Positions 38,276-48,258 of a stretch of DNA of 64,000 nucleotides are shown piece after piece. The notes beneath the pieces are model-generated. The model did no database searches and was not told where the DNA came from. It saw only the letters and a list, made by a program, of their open reading frames with translations. Every line of letters begins with the position of its first letter. Position 1 is the first letter of the stretch. Both the position numbers and the translations under genes were made by a program. This DNA comes from Dehalococcoidia bacterium (GTDB lineage: Bacteria; Chloroflexota; Dehalococcoidia; Lucifugimonadales; UBA3495): the NCBI GenBank assembly GCA_963665155.2, contig OY761986.2:215789-279788 (forward strand). Reading direction: 5' to 3'.

Positions 38276-39235
38276 ATGAAATACGGATTTACCCTTCCTG
38301 GAAGAGGTCCCTTGGCCACGCCGGAAAGGCTGGGCATTTTGGCCAGGAAGGGCGAAGAACTTGGCTTCGACGCGCTTCTGACGGGAGACCATATCCTGGT
38401 GCCCAAGACCATCACTTCACCATATCCGTACACCGAAACCGGCGAGTTTCCCGGCGGGCCGTCGGGCGAGTCCATGGAGCAACTCACCTTGTTGGCCTTC
38501 CTGGCGGGCCAGACCAGCAAGATACGCCTGGTTACCAGCGTTATCATAGTTCCCCACCGGAACGCTTTGGTGGCCGCCAAGGCCTTAGCGACCCTGGACG
38601 TCTTATCCCAAGGAAGATTGGTGGTGGGGATTGGCGTGGGCTGGATGCGGGAAGAATTCGAGGCTCTAGGACTGCCACCCTTTGAAGAGCGGGGCGCCGT
38701 TACCGACGAGTATATCCGGGTGTTCAAAGAGGTCTGGACCGAAGACAACCCCAGCTACGACGGTAAGTATGTAAAATTCGATAACATCAGCTTTTTGCCC
38801 AAGCCAGTGCAAAAGCCCCACCCGCCCATTTGGGTTGGTGGGGAAAGTCGTCCGGCGCTGCGACGCACAGCGGAATTGGCTGACGGCTGGTACCCCTTGG
38901 GTTCGAACCCGACCTTTCCCATGGGAACGCCGGAGCAGCTAAAAGCCGGGTTGGAGCGATTGGCGACCTATGCCAAGATGTTCGACCGGGACCCGGCGGA
39001 GATCGAAACAATCTACCGCACCCACCAGTTCCAACTCAATAAAAGCGCAGGCGCGGACAATGGCCGGTTGCCATTTGTGGGCAATGCCGACCAGATAGCC
39101 GGGGACATCCGGCAGTACCAAGACATGGGAGTTGGCTCTCTGGTGTTGGATTTCCTGCGGCAGACGGAAGAACTGGACGAGGTTCTGGGCCGTATGGAAG
39201 ACTTCGCCGACCAAGTTTTCTCGAAGGTCGCTTGA
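38276..39235 (+). CDS. LLM-class (probably F420-dependent) oxidoreductase
   Basis: GGAGAT RBS. GFDALLTGDHI, VGIGVGWMREEF and PHPPIWVGG. Confidence 0.85.
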   Translation: MKYGFTLPGRGPLATPERLGILARKGEELGFDALLTGDHILVPKTITSPYPYTETGEFPGGPSGESMEQLTLLAFLAGQTSKIRLVTSVIIVPHRNALVAAKALATLDVLSQGRLVVGIGVGWMREEFEALGLPPFEERGAVTDEYIRVFKEVWTEDNPSYDGKYVKFDNISFLPKPVQKPHPPIWVGGESRPALRRTAELADGWYPLGSNPTFPMGTPEQLKAGLERLATYAKMFDRDPAEIETIYRTHQFQLNKSAGADNGRLPFVGNADQIAGDIRQYQDMGVGSLVLDFLRQTEELDEVLGRMEDFADQVFSKVA

Positions 39236-39290
39236 CCCATATCGACCTTTTTATCGAGTATTCAATATTAGTCGAAATGGGAGGAAAAAG

Positions 39291-39548
39291 ATGAGCGTAC
39301 TAATTGGCGGGGTCATGTACGCCAGTGGTCAGGAGTATCGCCTTAACGGTGAGGGCATCACATGGACTGGGATTAATGCTACACGAACCGTCCCGGAATC
39401 CATAAGATTGAGCTTCAAGGGAAAGACCCAAACTCGGGAGCGCACTCATGCCTGGATTGTGATGTCCCCCGAAGAAGCGACGGCCGTCGCTAGAGCTTTG
39501 TTGAGCGCAGTACAAGGCGACGGACGTCAAATAACTATCGATTTCTAG
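39291..39548 (+). CDS. hypothetical protein (85 aa)
   Basis: GGGAGGAAAAAG lies directly upstream of the ATG. No family recognised. Confidence 0.4.
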   Translation: MSVLIGGVMYASGQEYRLNGEGITWTGINATRTVPESIRLSFKGKTQTRERTHAWIVMSPEEATAVARALLSAVQGDGRQITIDF

Positions 39549-39659
39549 AGAAGACCACTGCGACAACAAAGCTCTTAGGTAGGAGTTTCGACAATTGTAG
39601 ATTTTTCTAGTCTACCATCTACCTTTGTCGACGAGACTCCCGTGAAAGATCAGGTTAGC

Positions 39660-40067
39660 CTAGGCGTGCTCACCCTCAGCGAACTGGAAGTATATTCCGT
39701 GGGCGCTTTCCAGAGAAATGTTGAAGGTCTTGTATCCGTAAGGGCTGACGTTGGGCGATTCAGTTTGCATCTTGTTGCCTTTGCTTTTCAGGTCGGTGAA
39801 GGCCTGATCGATGCCGTCAACGCCCCAAGCCACGTGCATGACTCCGGGACCGGTCTCCTTTAGCTGCTTGGCCATAGTGGTGTCATCCCGCAACGGCTCG
39901 AAGAAATCCACCAGCGTCGGGCCGATTTTGTAAAGAATGGCCTTGAACCCGCGGTCGGTGAATTCATCGGTACGCTCGGGTTTTAGCCCGAAGTTCTTAT
40001 CCAAATAGTCCGCCATTTCCTGGACGCTCTCGACGACGTAGGTCACGTGGTGCACTTTGGTTAACAT
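39660..40067 (-). CDS. VOC-family protein (glyoxalase/methylmalonyl-CoA-epimerase-like)
   Basis: HHVTYVV...GPGVMHVAW... paired beta-alpha-beta-beta-beta modules. Confidence 0.8.
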   Translation of the reverse strand: MLTKVHHVTYVVESVQEMADYLDKNFGLKPERTDEFTDRGFKAILYKIGPTLVDFFEPLRDDTTMAKQLKETGPGVMHVAWGVDGIDQAFTDLKSKGNKMQTESPNVSPYGYKTFNISLESAHGIYFQFAEGEHA

Positions 40068-40322
40068 TTTCCTCTCCTGAGTACTGAATTGATGCTGGCA
40101 GACTAGCCCCTTTTGGCCGAGGAATCAACCTTTTGGGTCAATTGACTTGCCAGCAGTGCAACCCTATTATCAGAAACCAGAATCAAACTACCATTAGCTG
40201 AGTAGATCGTTAGGCGGTTGCTTGAACTCCCTTATTCTGTGGACCGAAGGATTTGCGTCAACCGCCGGAACCCTATTACCCAGAGATTTGTTAAATCCGG
40301 ATTTTGCAACAAGAGGTAAGCA

Positions 40323-41168
40323 ATGCCAAAATTCTCATCCAACGGCGTAGAAATTTATTACGAAGTGACCGGCCACGGTTTTCCCTTGGTTTGGAGCCAT
40401 GAATTTGGCGGGTCTATGGAGAGCTGGCAAAATCAGGTCAGGTATTTCAGCCGCCATTACCAGGTGATAACCTACGCAGCCCGAGGCTGGGCACCGTCGG
40501 ACATTCCCACTGAGCCAGAGGCGTACTCACAAGAAATTGTGGTCAACGACCTATACCTGCTCCTAATGCATCTTGGAATTGAGCAGGCCCACATCGGCGG
40601 TCTTTCCATGGGCGGTAGCTGTGCGTTGAACTTTGGGATTGCTCATCCGGAAATGGCGCGTTCGTTAATCGTCGCCTCGGCAGGCTCGGGCAGCGATAAT
40701 CGGGAAAGCTTTTTAGCCAGCAGCAAAGTGATGGCCGACCGCCTATTGTCGGAAGGTATGGAGATTGTGGGAAACGAGTACGCCCGGACCAATACCCGGC
40801 TACAGCTTTTGCGTAAAGACCCTCAGGGCTTCGAAGAGTTTCTCCGATTGCTGTTGGCCCACAACAATGTCAGCTCCGCGCTAACTTTCCGGGAGTACGT
40901 CATGGCCCGACCCACGGTCTATGCCCTGGAGGATAAGCTGCAGGCGCTTCATGTTCCAACGCTGATAATGATCGGGGATGAAGACGAACCTTGCGTCGAC
41001 TCCGCCGTTTTCATGAAGCGGACCATACCCCGGTCGGGTCTGGTGGTGTTTCCTCAGAGCGGTCACGCCATAAATCTGGAAGAACCGGACCTGTTCAACC
41101 GATCGGTGATGGACTTCCTGACCTTGGTGGAGGCCGATAGGTGGGTTGAGCGGCCAGCCAGAAAGTAG
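40323..41168 (+). CDS. alpha/beta hydrolase
   Basis: Nucleophile elbow GLSMGG and a C-terminal SGHAINLEEP motif. Confidence 0.85.
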   Translation: MPKFSSNGVEIYYEVTGHGFPLVWSHEFGGSMESWQNQVRYFSRHYQVITYAARGWAPSDIPTEPEAYSQEIVVNDLYLLLMHLGIEQAHIGGLSMGGSCALNFGIAHPEMARSLIVASAGSGSDNRESFLASSKVMADRLLSEGMEIVGNEYARTNTRLQLLRKDPQGFEEFLRLLLAHNNVSSALTFREYVMARPTVYALEDKLQALHVPTLIMIGDEDEPCVDSAVFMKRTIPRSGLVVFPQSGHAINLEEPDLFNRSVMDFLTLVEADRWVERPARK

Positions 41169-41286
41169 TTGGGGAATAAAAGATCTCCGTTCGTGGTGGT
41201 TTAGTCGATCCACATTTCCGGGCAGGGACCATTCGGCAGGCTCACGACGAGAGGAGATGGTTGCTCCGGCATATTCAGGCTAATCT

Positions 41287-42303
41287 CTAGCGGTGCAACT
41301 CCTCGATTATCTTGGGTACTGCTTCTTCGTCCACCGGCGAATTGGCGACGGTGGTTAGCACGACCTCATCCAGCAACCCACCGAACCGCTCCTTTATCCG
41401 TCCGGCTACTTCATCGTGTGGGCCGATGACGGCGAAGGTGTCTAACATTTCATCGTTGATAAGACCAGCCATGCGGTCCCATTCGCCCTTTAAGGACAAC
41501 TCGTGGAGCTTCTGGCCGACCTCTTCGAAACCGTGGGTTTCGAGCACTGGGAAATAAGTTCTGGTGGAAAAATAGAAGGCGATCTGGCGTCTCACCGCTT
41601 CTTTCCTAGTGTTGATGGTCTCTTGATCGACGCCGGTAATTACGAAACCGGAACCGGCTAAAATGATCTCCTTAGGGTCCCGTCCAGCAATCCGGGCCCC
41701 TTTGGCCAGGTTGGGCTTGATAACCTCGGTCAAGTACTTGGCCGACGTGATCGGGTGGAGGGCGATTCCTTGACACACCTCACCGGCCACCCGGCAGTTG
41801 TAGGGATTCAAAGCGCTGATAAACACCGGCGGGGCACCTACCGAGCTTGAACCCGGGCTGAAAAAGGGCGTCATCAGTGAGAAATTGTAATACTCGCCGT
41901 GGTAGTCCAGTTTCGTATCGTCTTGCCAAGTTTCCCAAATTGCGTGAAGCGACTGGACGTACTCCCGCAGCCGGGGACCGGGAGAGCCCCACTCCGTCGA
42001 GAAGCGACGCTCGATGTGGCCTTTGACCTGAGTGCCTAGGCCCAAACGGAAACGGCCTTCGGAGAAGTTCTGCAGGTCCATGGCGGTATAGGCCACCACC
42101 ATGGGTGAGCGAGGAAATGCTATTGTCACCCTTGTTTCCAGAGTCACCCTGGATGTGGTGGTAGCGGCCAAAAGCAAGGGAAAGAAGGGATCGTGGGCCG
42201 TATCCTCGGTGCACAGACTGTCGTACCCCAACGATTCGGCGCGACGGGCCTCCTCTGGAATGCCTTTAAGGTCGCTGGTGTTCAGGTGGTGGAGTACCCG
42301 CAT
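41287..42303 (-). CDS. LLM-class F420-dependent oxidoreductase
   Basis: 338 aa luciferase-like TIM barrel (GYDSLCTEDTAHDPF, RFRLGLGTQV). Confidence 0.85.
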   Translation of the reverse strand: MRVLHHLNTSDLKGIPEEARRAESLGYDSLCTEDTAHDPFFPLLLAATTTSRVTLETRVTIAFPRSPMVVAYTAMDLQNFSEGRFRLGLGTQVKGHIERRFSTEWGSPGPRLREYVQSLHAIWETWQDDTKLDYHGEYYNFSLMTPFFSPGSSSVGAPPVFISALNPYNCRVAGEVCQGIALHPITSAKYLTEVIKPNLAKGARIAGRDPKEIILAGSGFVITGVDQETINTRKEAVRRQIAFYFSTRTYFPVLETHGFEEVGQKLHELSLKGEWDRMAGLINDEMLDTFAVIGPHDEVAGRIKERFGGLLDEVVLTTVANSPVDEEAVPKIIEELHR

Positions 42304-42783
42304 GGCCGTGTTACCTCATCTGCGATAGCCTAATTGTGATGGAAGGAACTGATTATATCGAGGGTGCTTGGCAAAGCTGGTGATTTTCGACTTGTTCGGA
42401 GCAAAATAGGCACGGTGGTTCGCCCATTGTGGCTTCGTAATGGTGGTCAGACGATCAAGTCGGCAAGGCCGCCTTGCCTTTACACTGACGGAGGCAGGTT
42501 CCGAGAAGGTCGCTCAGATGAAAACTAATATGGACTCAAACCACTGCCAGCATGGCGGGAGTCTAAATAGTACACGATCGATGATAGGGGGCGCAACGCA
42601 GCAGCAAACTAGCACAGGAGCGGTGAAAAGAAGGAGGGTTACCGGTGGTTGGGGCGGGAGTTTTGAGTCCCAAAAGGAGTGCGTTTGGCATCCGCACCTG
42701 GCAGCATTCACATTGTAATGAAACTGCCAGATGCGAATTTACTTGTTTCTTAGGCTTCGCGGTTAGTCACGGTATTTCAAGGC

Positions 42784-43818
42784 TTACAGGGGGCCGCCAG
42801 TGAATATGGCGCGCTGTTTATGGAAAACTTGGACCCGCTGGCGTGCGGTTTCCACCACAAAGACCCGGCCCTCATCATCCACATCTATTGCTATCGGTCC
42901 CTGGAATAGTCTCTCTCTTTCCCCTAGGCCCTGAGCCAACTGTCGGCCTCTGACCATGGCAGGCTCTAGCTCTACCCTTTGCCTGCCCCATTGGGACAGG
43001 GTCGCTTCGCCCAACAACTTGACGATAAAGTTGCCATCGGCGTCAAACACCTGAACACGATCGTTCGTGAAGTCGGTTACGTAGATGATCCCGTCCTTGT
43101 CGACCGCAATTCCGGTGGGCCGATAGAACTCACCGTCTCCCTGTCCGGAGGTGCCAAACTTCATCAGGAACCGACCGTCGGGGGTGAACTTCTGAATTCG
43201 GTCGTTGCGCCAATCGGCTATGTACACATCCCCATTGTGGTCGATTTCGATGCCCCAAGGATGGTCAAAATCGCCATCGCCGGTGCCGAATTGCCCCCAT
43301 GTGGACAGGAATTTACCGTCTTTGGTAAAGACTTGGACCCGGTGGTTAACGCTGTCTACCAGGTACAAGTTGTCGTTCGCATCGAAGGCCAGCCCGGAGG
43401 GATGGTTAAATTCACCTTCACCGTCGCCCAGCTTTCCCCATGTGCTGACACAATCGCCTTCTTTGTTGAAGATCGATATCCGGTTGAGCCATTCGTCGGC
43501 TACGTAGGCAATACCATCACTATCGAGGGCGATGGATGTTGGCCACATTAAGCTGCCCGCGGTAGCGGAGGCATCCGCTTCTTCCGGGGCGATTTTAAAT
43601 CCGAACTCTCGGACCAATTCTTCGTCCACGGTGAAGACCGTAACTCGCTTGCAAGGGAAGAACGCCGGTGTCTCCGAGCCACGGTTTAATACGTATAGCA
43701 GGTTATCTTTGTCACGAGTTATAGCCACCGGATAGAAGAATCCAGTCCCGCTGCGGACCTCTTGCCGTCCGATGGTGTGACTATATTGAAAGGTTACAGG
43801 CGCGATCTCGGTGACCAT
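42784..43818 (-). CDS. NHL-repeat (six-bladed beta-propeller) protein
   Basis: Repeated G.G.GEF..P.GIA.D..G..YV.D..N.R.Q.F units. Confidence 0.85.
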   Translation of the reverse strand: MVTEIAPVTFQYSHTIGRQEVRSGTGFFYPVAITRDKDNLLYVLNRGSETPAFFPCKRVTVFTVDEELVREFGFKIAPEEADASATAGSLMWPTSIALDSDGIAYVADEWLNRISIFNKEGDCVSTWGKLGDGEGEFNHPSGLAFDANDNLYLVDSVNHRVQVFTKDGKFLSTWGQFGTGDGDFDHPWGIEIDHNGDVYIADWRNDRIQKFTPDGRFLMKFGTSGQGDGEFYRPTGIAVDKDGIIYVTDFTNDRVQVFDADGNFIVKLLGEATLSQWGRQRVELEPAMVRGRQLAQGLGERERLFQGPIAIDVDDEGRVFVVETARQRVQVFHKQRAIFTGGPL

Positions 43819-43918
43819 GTTTCCTCGCTAGTGTGTCTTAGTATAATCCGGCTGAGTCTGAAATTTACTTGCCTGAATGAACATCGTAGAGAACATCTAT
43901 CGATCTTGGAGCTAATCG

Positions 43919-43964
43919 AAATCCCCCCAGTCCCCCTTTTAAAAGGGGGAAGCAGGGGGATTTT
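43919..43964. repeat. nested-hairpin REP-like element
   Basis: Outer arms AAATCCCCC/GGGGGATTT enclose the 20-nt palindrome TCCCCCTTTTAAAAGGGGGA. A related copy lies at 49733-49777. Confidence 0.75.
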
Positions 43965-44029
43965 GTCCCAGGGTTGGAGCCTGCTAATTTCTAGAAAACT
44001 GTCTAAAGTTCAACAAACCCCAAAGGTTG

Positions 44030-45166
44030 TTATTTTATAAAGTCGAACTGCTCGTAAGTTCCCCCGAGAATCGGCTTGGAGTCCAAGCCCATCCACTGCT
44101 CGAGGATAGTTGCGTAGGTGCTCCGGAAATCGTTGTTCCACTGAAGGTCGCCATTGTCGAGCTTGTTCGGCTCCAAGGAAGGATACTCTCCGTAGAGGCC
44201 GCCCTTTACTGCGTCGCCGATCATGAACGCCACGCTGCCAGAGCCGTGGTCGGTGCCGGAGCCGTTCTCTTGCACCCGTCGGCCAAACTCTGTAAACACC
44301 ATCATTACGATTTCTTCGTTGGCGTTGTGCTCTTTCAGGTCCTGGTAGAAGTCGCCGATGGCGTTTGAAACATCTCCCCACAGTTTATGTAGGCTGACGT
44401 TTTCGTTGGCGTGGGTATCGAATGTGCCGGGATTGACTCCGGTATAGAGAATCCTAGTGCCGAAGTCCGAGAAATGCACTTGAGCAATGTTCTTCAGCCA
44501 CTGAGCGAAGGGGCTATTGCCATACTCAACGCTGGAAGAGTAAGTGTTGGGTGCCTCACTCAGAATGTCCGCTCCTCTCAGAGCGTCCAAGCCGGTCTGG
44601 GAAAGGTAGTCGCTCACTGGGCCGTTGCCGAGCATTGGAGCATACATTCGGGCGAATATATCCAAGGCTTCGCTTCGCTGATCTTCGCCCTGGATGCCGG
44701 TCAATACTCCGTAATTGCTCAGGTCGCCTACAGAGGCTACCGAAACTCCGGGCGCAGCCAGAGCGCGGGGTAGTCCGCGACCGAAGTTCACAGCAGTAAG
44801 AATGTTCTCTTTATTGGGGTCCAAGTCCTTGATCGCCCGGCCTAGCCAGCCCTCGGAGATCATCTTTTCGGGCTCGGCGGTATGCCAGATGTCCAAGGAA
44901 CGGAAGTGGGAGCGAATGGGGTTCGGGTATCCAATACCCTGCAAGACGGCGACTTTACCCTGGTCGTACAAGTCTTTTATCGGGGCCATGGCTGGGTGGA
45001 ACCCAACCTTGTCATCTACCGCCAAAACCTCTTCCGGCGAAATATTCAGTACTTGCCGGTAATCCGAATAGTGGGGGTCGCTATAGGGAATGAAGGTGTT
45101 CAGGGCGTCGTAGGCCCCCGTCATCTGAAGTATTACCAGCACCGGGTCTTTCTTGTTGGAGGTCAT
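44030..45166 (-). CDS. DUF1501 domain protein
   Basis: GIGYPNPIRSHFRSLDIWHT and ...DHGSGS... are typical of the family. It is paired with DUF1800 upstream. Confidence 0.85.
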   Translation of the reverse strand: MTSNKKDPVLVILQMTGAYDALNTFIPYSDPHYSDYRQVLNISPEEVLAVDDKVGFHPAMAPIKDLYDQGKVAVLQGIGYPNPIRSHFRSLDIWHTAEPEKMISEGWLGRAIKDLDPNKENILTAVNFGRGLPRALAAPGVSVASVGDLSNYGVLTGIQGEDQRSEALDIFARMYAPMLGNGPVSDYLSQTGLDALRGADILSEAPNTYSSSVEYGNSPFAQWLKNIAQVHFSDFGTRILYTGVNPGTFDTHANENVSLHKLWGDVSNAIGDFYQDLKEHNANEEIVMMVFTEFGRRVQENGSGTDHGSGSVAFMIGDAVKGGLYGEYPSLEPNKLDNGDLQWNNDFRSTYATILEQWMGLDSKPILGGTYEQFDFIK

Positions 45167-45237
45167 AAGTTCTCCTTAGCGAAATGAGTTGTTATACCTA
45201 AACTTACCAGCGTCTACGCCGAGAATCGATTATACGG

Positions 45238-46641
45238 TTAGGCGTATAGATATTCCTTGGTGGATACGATCATCTGGAGCATCTGAGCGACATGCTGCGG
45301 AAACTCCTTGGTGTTGGTCGTCAACTCGCCGTTTTTTCGTGCGTGTTCCACCAACATTTGGTGAGTCTCGTCGGCTACTTCGTAGTGCCCCAGCAGGCGC
45401 AGGCAACCGTCCACCAAGCCTTGGGGGGACATGGTGGGGCCTTCCGCAGCCAGCTTTTGAACCATTTCTTGTATACCCGGGTAGCTGACATCACCTACGT
45501 AGTCGGCGATAAAATTGATCCGGCGCAACAACGTCCCTCCGTCAATCCATTCCTTGCCCGTGTGCCAGCCCTCGACGGAAGGCGGGTTCAGGATCTCCTG
45601 ACCCATGTGCTTCATTTCCTCGAAAATTGCTTCAAAGCCGGGTTTGGGAGTTGTCCAGTCGCCAGCCAAGCGCAAAGTGCCAATTACCGTCTCAATTGGG
45701 CCCTTGATTCGGGAGAATCGAGCTTCTTTGAAAGCGTCAGAATTAAACAGCACTCGCAGCATCGAGCGGATGTTGTAGTTGGACCGGAAGTACTCGTCTT
45801 CCAGCATCTTTATGGTGTCGATGTCCCTCGGCGGGGTGTCCATCCATGCTGGCACCTGAGCCTCATCGGCTACGAAGTAGTTGTACAGGTGGCGGGAGAT
45901 GAACCGCGCCGTGGCCGGCTGCTTGACGATGATATCTATGATGTCCTCACCGTTGAAATAGCCGGTGTGGCCCAAGAATGTTTTCTCTCCATCATCGTGG
46001 TCGTCGGGGTTAAAAACAAATTGGGAACTGTAGCGACCGTAGGGCTGGGCCGGAATGCCGTTGGCGATGGTCCAGCCTGTAAACGCCCTTGCGCACTCCT
46101 TTACGTCATCTTCGGTGTAGTTGAACTGGCCGTCCATGCCCACACCCAGAGAGAACAACTCTAGCAACTCACGTCCGTAGTTTTCGTTTATCGAGTCTTT
46201 GTGGCTAAGACAATTGTCCAGGAAGTACACCATGGCTGGGTCTTTGGAAATCTCGATCAGCAGGTCTTTGAAACTGCCCATACCGCAACGGCGGAGCATT
46301 TCCAACTCGACATAAGATGCCACATAGCTCTGTGTTTTGCTGTCGGCGGTGCATAGAATGCCATGCCAGAAGAGGACCATTTTCTCTTCCAACTGGCTCT
46401 TGGAGTTCACCATCCGAAAAGCTATGTATTCAGGCACGCAGCGGATGAAGTGATTCCATTCGATGTAGTACCTTTCCGCTAGGTCCAAATCCATCCCGTG
46501 AGTCGTTTCATCGGGATGCAGCAGTTCCTCCACGGTTGCTTCGTACCCTTTCGCTGCTCGGGTTTCAAGCTCATCATACTGGGCGCCGAATCCAGCGCGC
46601 CGCATGAGGTGAGCCATCAAAGCGATATCGTTCTCTGCCAT
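45238..46641 (-). CDS. DUF1800 domain protein
   Basis: HLMRRAGFGA, ...NYGRELLELFSLG..., and the canonical DUF1800-DUF1501 gene pair. Confidence 0.85.
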   Translation of the reverse strand: MAENDIALMAHLMRRAGFGAQYDELETRAAKGYEATVEELLHPDETTHGMDLDLAERYYIEWNHFIRCVPEYIAFRMVNSKSQLEEKMVLFWHGILCTADSKTQSYVASYVELEMLRRCGMGSFKDLLIEISKDPAMVYFLDNCLSHKDSINENYGRELLELFSLGVGMDGQFNYTEDDVKECARAFTGWTIANGIPAQPYGRYSSQFVFNPDDHDDGEKTFLGHTGYFNGEDIIDIIVKQPATARFISRHLYNYFVADEAQVPAWMDTPPRDIDTIKMLEDEYFRSNYNIRSMLRVLFNSDAFKEARFSRIKGPIETVIGTLRLAGDWTTPKPGFEAIFEEMKHMGQEILNPPSVEGWHTGKEWIDGGTLLRRINFIADYVGDVSYPGIQEMVQKLAAEGPTMSPQGLVDGCLRLLGHYEVADETHQMLVEHARKNGELTTNTKEFPQHVAQMLQMIVSTKEYLYA

Positions 46642-47124
46642 CTATTCTCCTATTCGAGTTGAGCGTGCAGATAATTGGTATGTATGTTAGCACTCCGGCT
46701 TTGCCCAATTCAAGACAGTATGTCAAACGGCTGTCGGATTAAGTTATCTCCGTCTGGGTAGGCCAGCAATTAATGCTATACGCCACCCAATTCTACACCA
46801 GAGTGACTCAACTGCACAGGGCCAAATTACGGTTAAATTAGTTTAGGGCACCGGCGATAGGATGTGGACAATAGACTGGTCTAAGGCTACTATTTCCACA
46901 CAAATCATCTCTTAGTAATTTGATGCGGTTGGCGGTTATTCGATGCACCTAGATGCGGTTAATTGAAAACAAGTTCGTGACGCACCAGGACCTAAAAGTG
47001 TACCCGTAATTTCTTTTGAAGCGGTGGAGGGGCCGGGTCAACGTTTGCTTGGAAGACTGACGGGCAATAGGTGCGTGGCACAAATTAGCGATTCAATTCA
47101 GTCGAAATAGATTGGAGAGGGATA

Positions 47125-47964
47125 ATGTCCGCAACAGAACAGCGGGTAAGTCTGATCAAATCCGAATCCAAGCGCATTCACCGGTACTTGGGAACCCTGT
47201 CCACTGAGGAATTGGCCCGGCCCAGCGCTTGCGAGGGGTGGGAGGGACGAGACGTTGTAGCACATTTGATTGGGGCGATTGATCTATTTTCCGCGAATAT
47301 TTCCCGGGGAGCGAGTGGAGACCCGTCGCCTCCGGAAGGCTTCCCGCCTGCCAGCGTCGATGCATTGGCTGCCAGAATGGTGGCGGGCGCCCAGAGAGCT
47401 ATTACCATGCGAGAAAGCATGGGCGACCAGCTATTGTCTACTTTTGCTCAACGTTGTGAAGACCTCGACGGGATCCTTGCGGGGTTGGGCGCTGGAGACT
47501 GGGAGAAACCTTGTTACCATCCCGCCACAGTAATCTCCGTTGGTAGTTATATCGACCTTCGGCTGGCGGAGTTGGCGGTCCACGAGTGGGATATCAGATC
47601 GAAACTGGAAGAATCGGCGCATCTATCCCAAGATTGCCTGCCTGCGGTTATGGACTTGATACCTACGTTTGTCGTTGGCCGGCTGTTCCGGCCGGGACAT
47701 CAGCAAGGTACCTCCGCAATTTACCGCTTCCATGTAACTGGGGCAGTGACCGGGGCAATTCCGGGTAGCCGCGACATTGTAGTGGAGAACGGCGAGTCAC
47801 GAATGGAGCCAGGCAGCGAATCTGCGGCCGACGTCACATTTAATTGCGATGCGGAAACCTTTGCCCTTCTTATATACGGTCGTTATAAGGTTAAACAGGC
47901 CGAGTCGGAGGGGCGGATCACCGTCGAGGGAGACCGTGACTTGGCTTCTCAAATCAGCGAGTAA
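47125..47964 (+). CDS. DinB/maleylpyruvate-isomerase-like (mycothiol-dependent enzyme family) protein
   Basis: N-terminal four-helix DinB-like region (W..RDVVAHL) and a C-terminal SCP2-like part. Family-level call. Confidence 0.65.
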   Translation: MSATEQRVSLIKSESKRIHRYLGTLSTEELARPSACEGWEGRDVVAHLIGAIDLFSANISRGASGDPSPPEGFPPASVDALAARMVAGAQRAITMRESMGDQLLSTFAQRCEDLDGILAGLGAGDWEKPCYHPATVISVGSYIDLRLAELAVHEWDIRSKLEESAHLSQDCLPAVMDLIPTFVVGRLFRPGHQQGTSAIYRFHVTGAVTGAIPGSRDIVVENGESRMEPGSESAADVTFNCDAETFALLIYGRYKVKQAESEGRITVEGDRDLASQISE

Positions 47965-48258
47965 AGTAGTTTGTGCTTTATCCCAAAGCCCAACCTAATC
48001 CGGAAGTTGACCCATAGGTCACTCCCAGTCTTGGTCTCGCGCAAGAAACCTACATTGTTGGCTGGTGAATAGCCAGCTAAACCTCTAGAAACTCGGACGG
48101 AAACCCCGATTCTCCCCAAGCCGTCGTTTTCTCAACGTCGATTATCGAAGTAACAGTTGGTTATTGTAACGTATTACATATACTATTGTACCGTATAAGA
48201 CTGGAATACGTCTGCTTGGCGTAGCGCGAAACCCGGCCAATGGCTTTCCGGACAGACT

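Noticed and set aside
42440-42718. 92-aa ORF in the 480-bp intergenic region
   Set aside because: There is no RBS-like sequence, the composition is odd, and no family resemblance was found. Only a small GC hairpin (GGCAAGGCCGCCTTGCC near 42464-42480) is notable.
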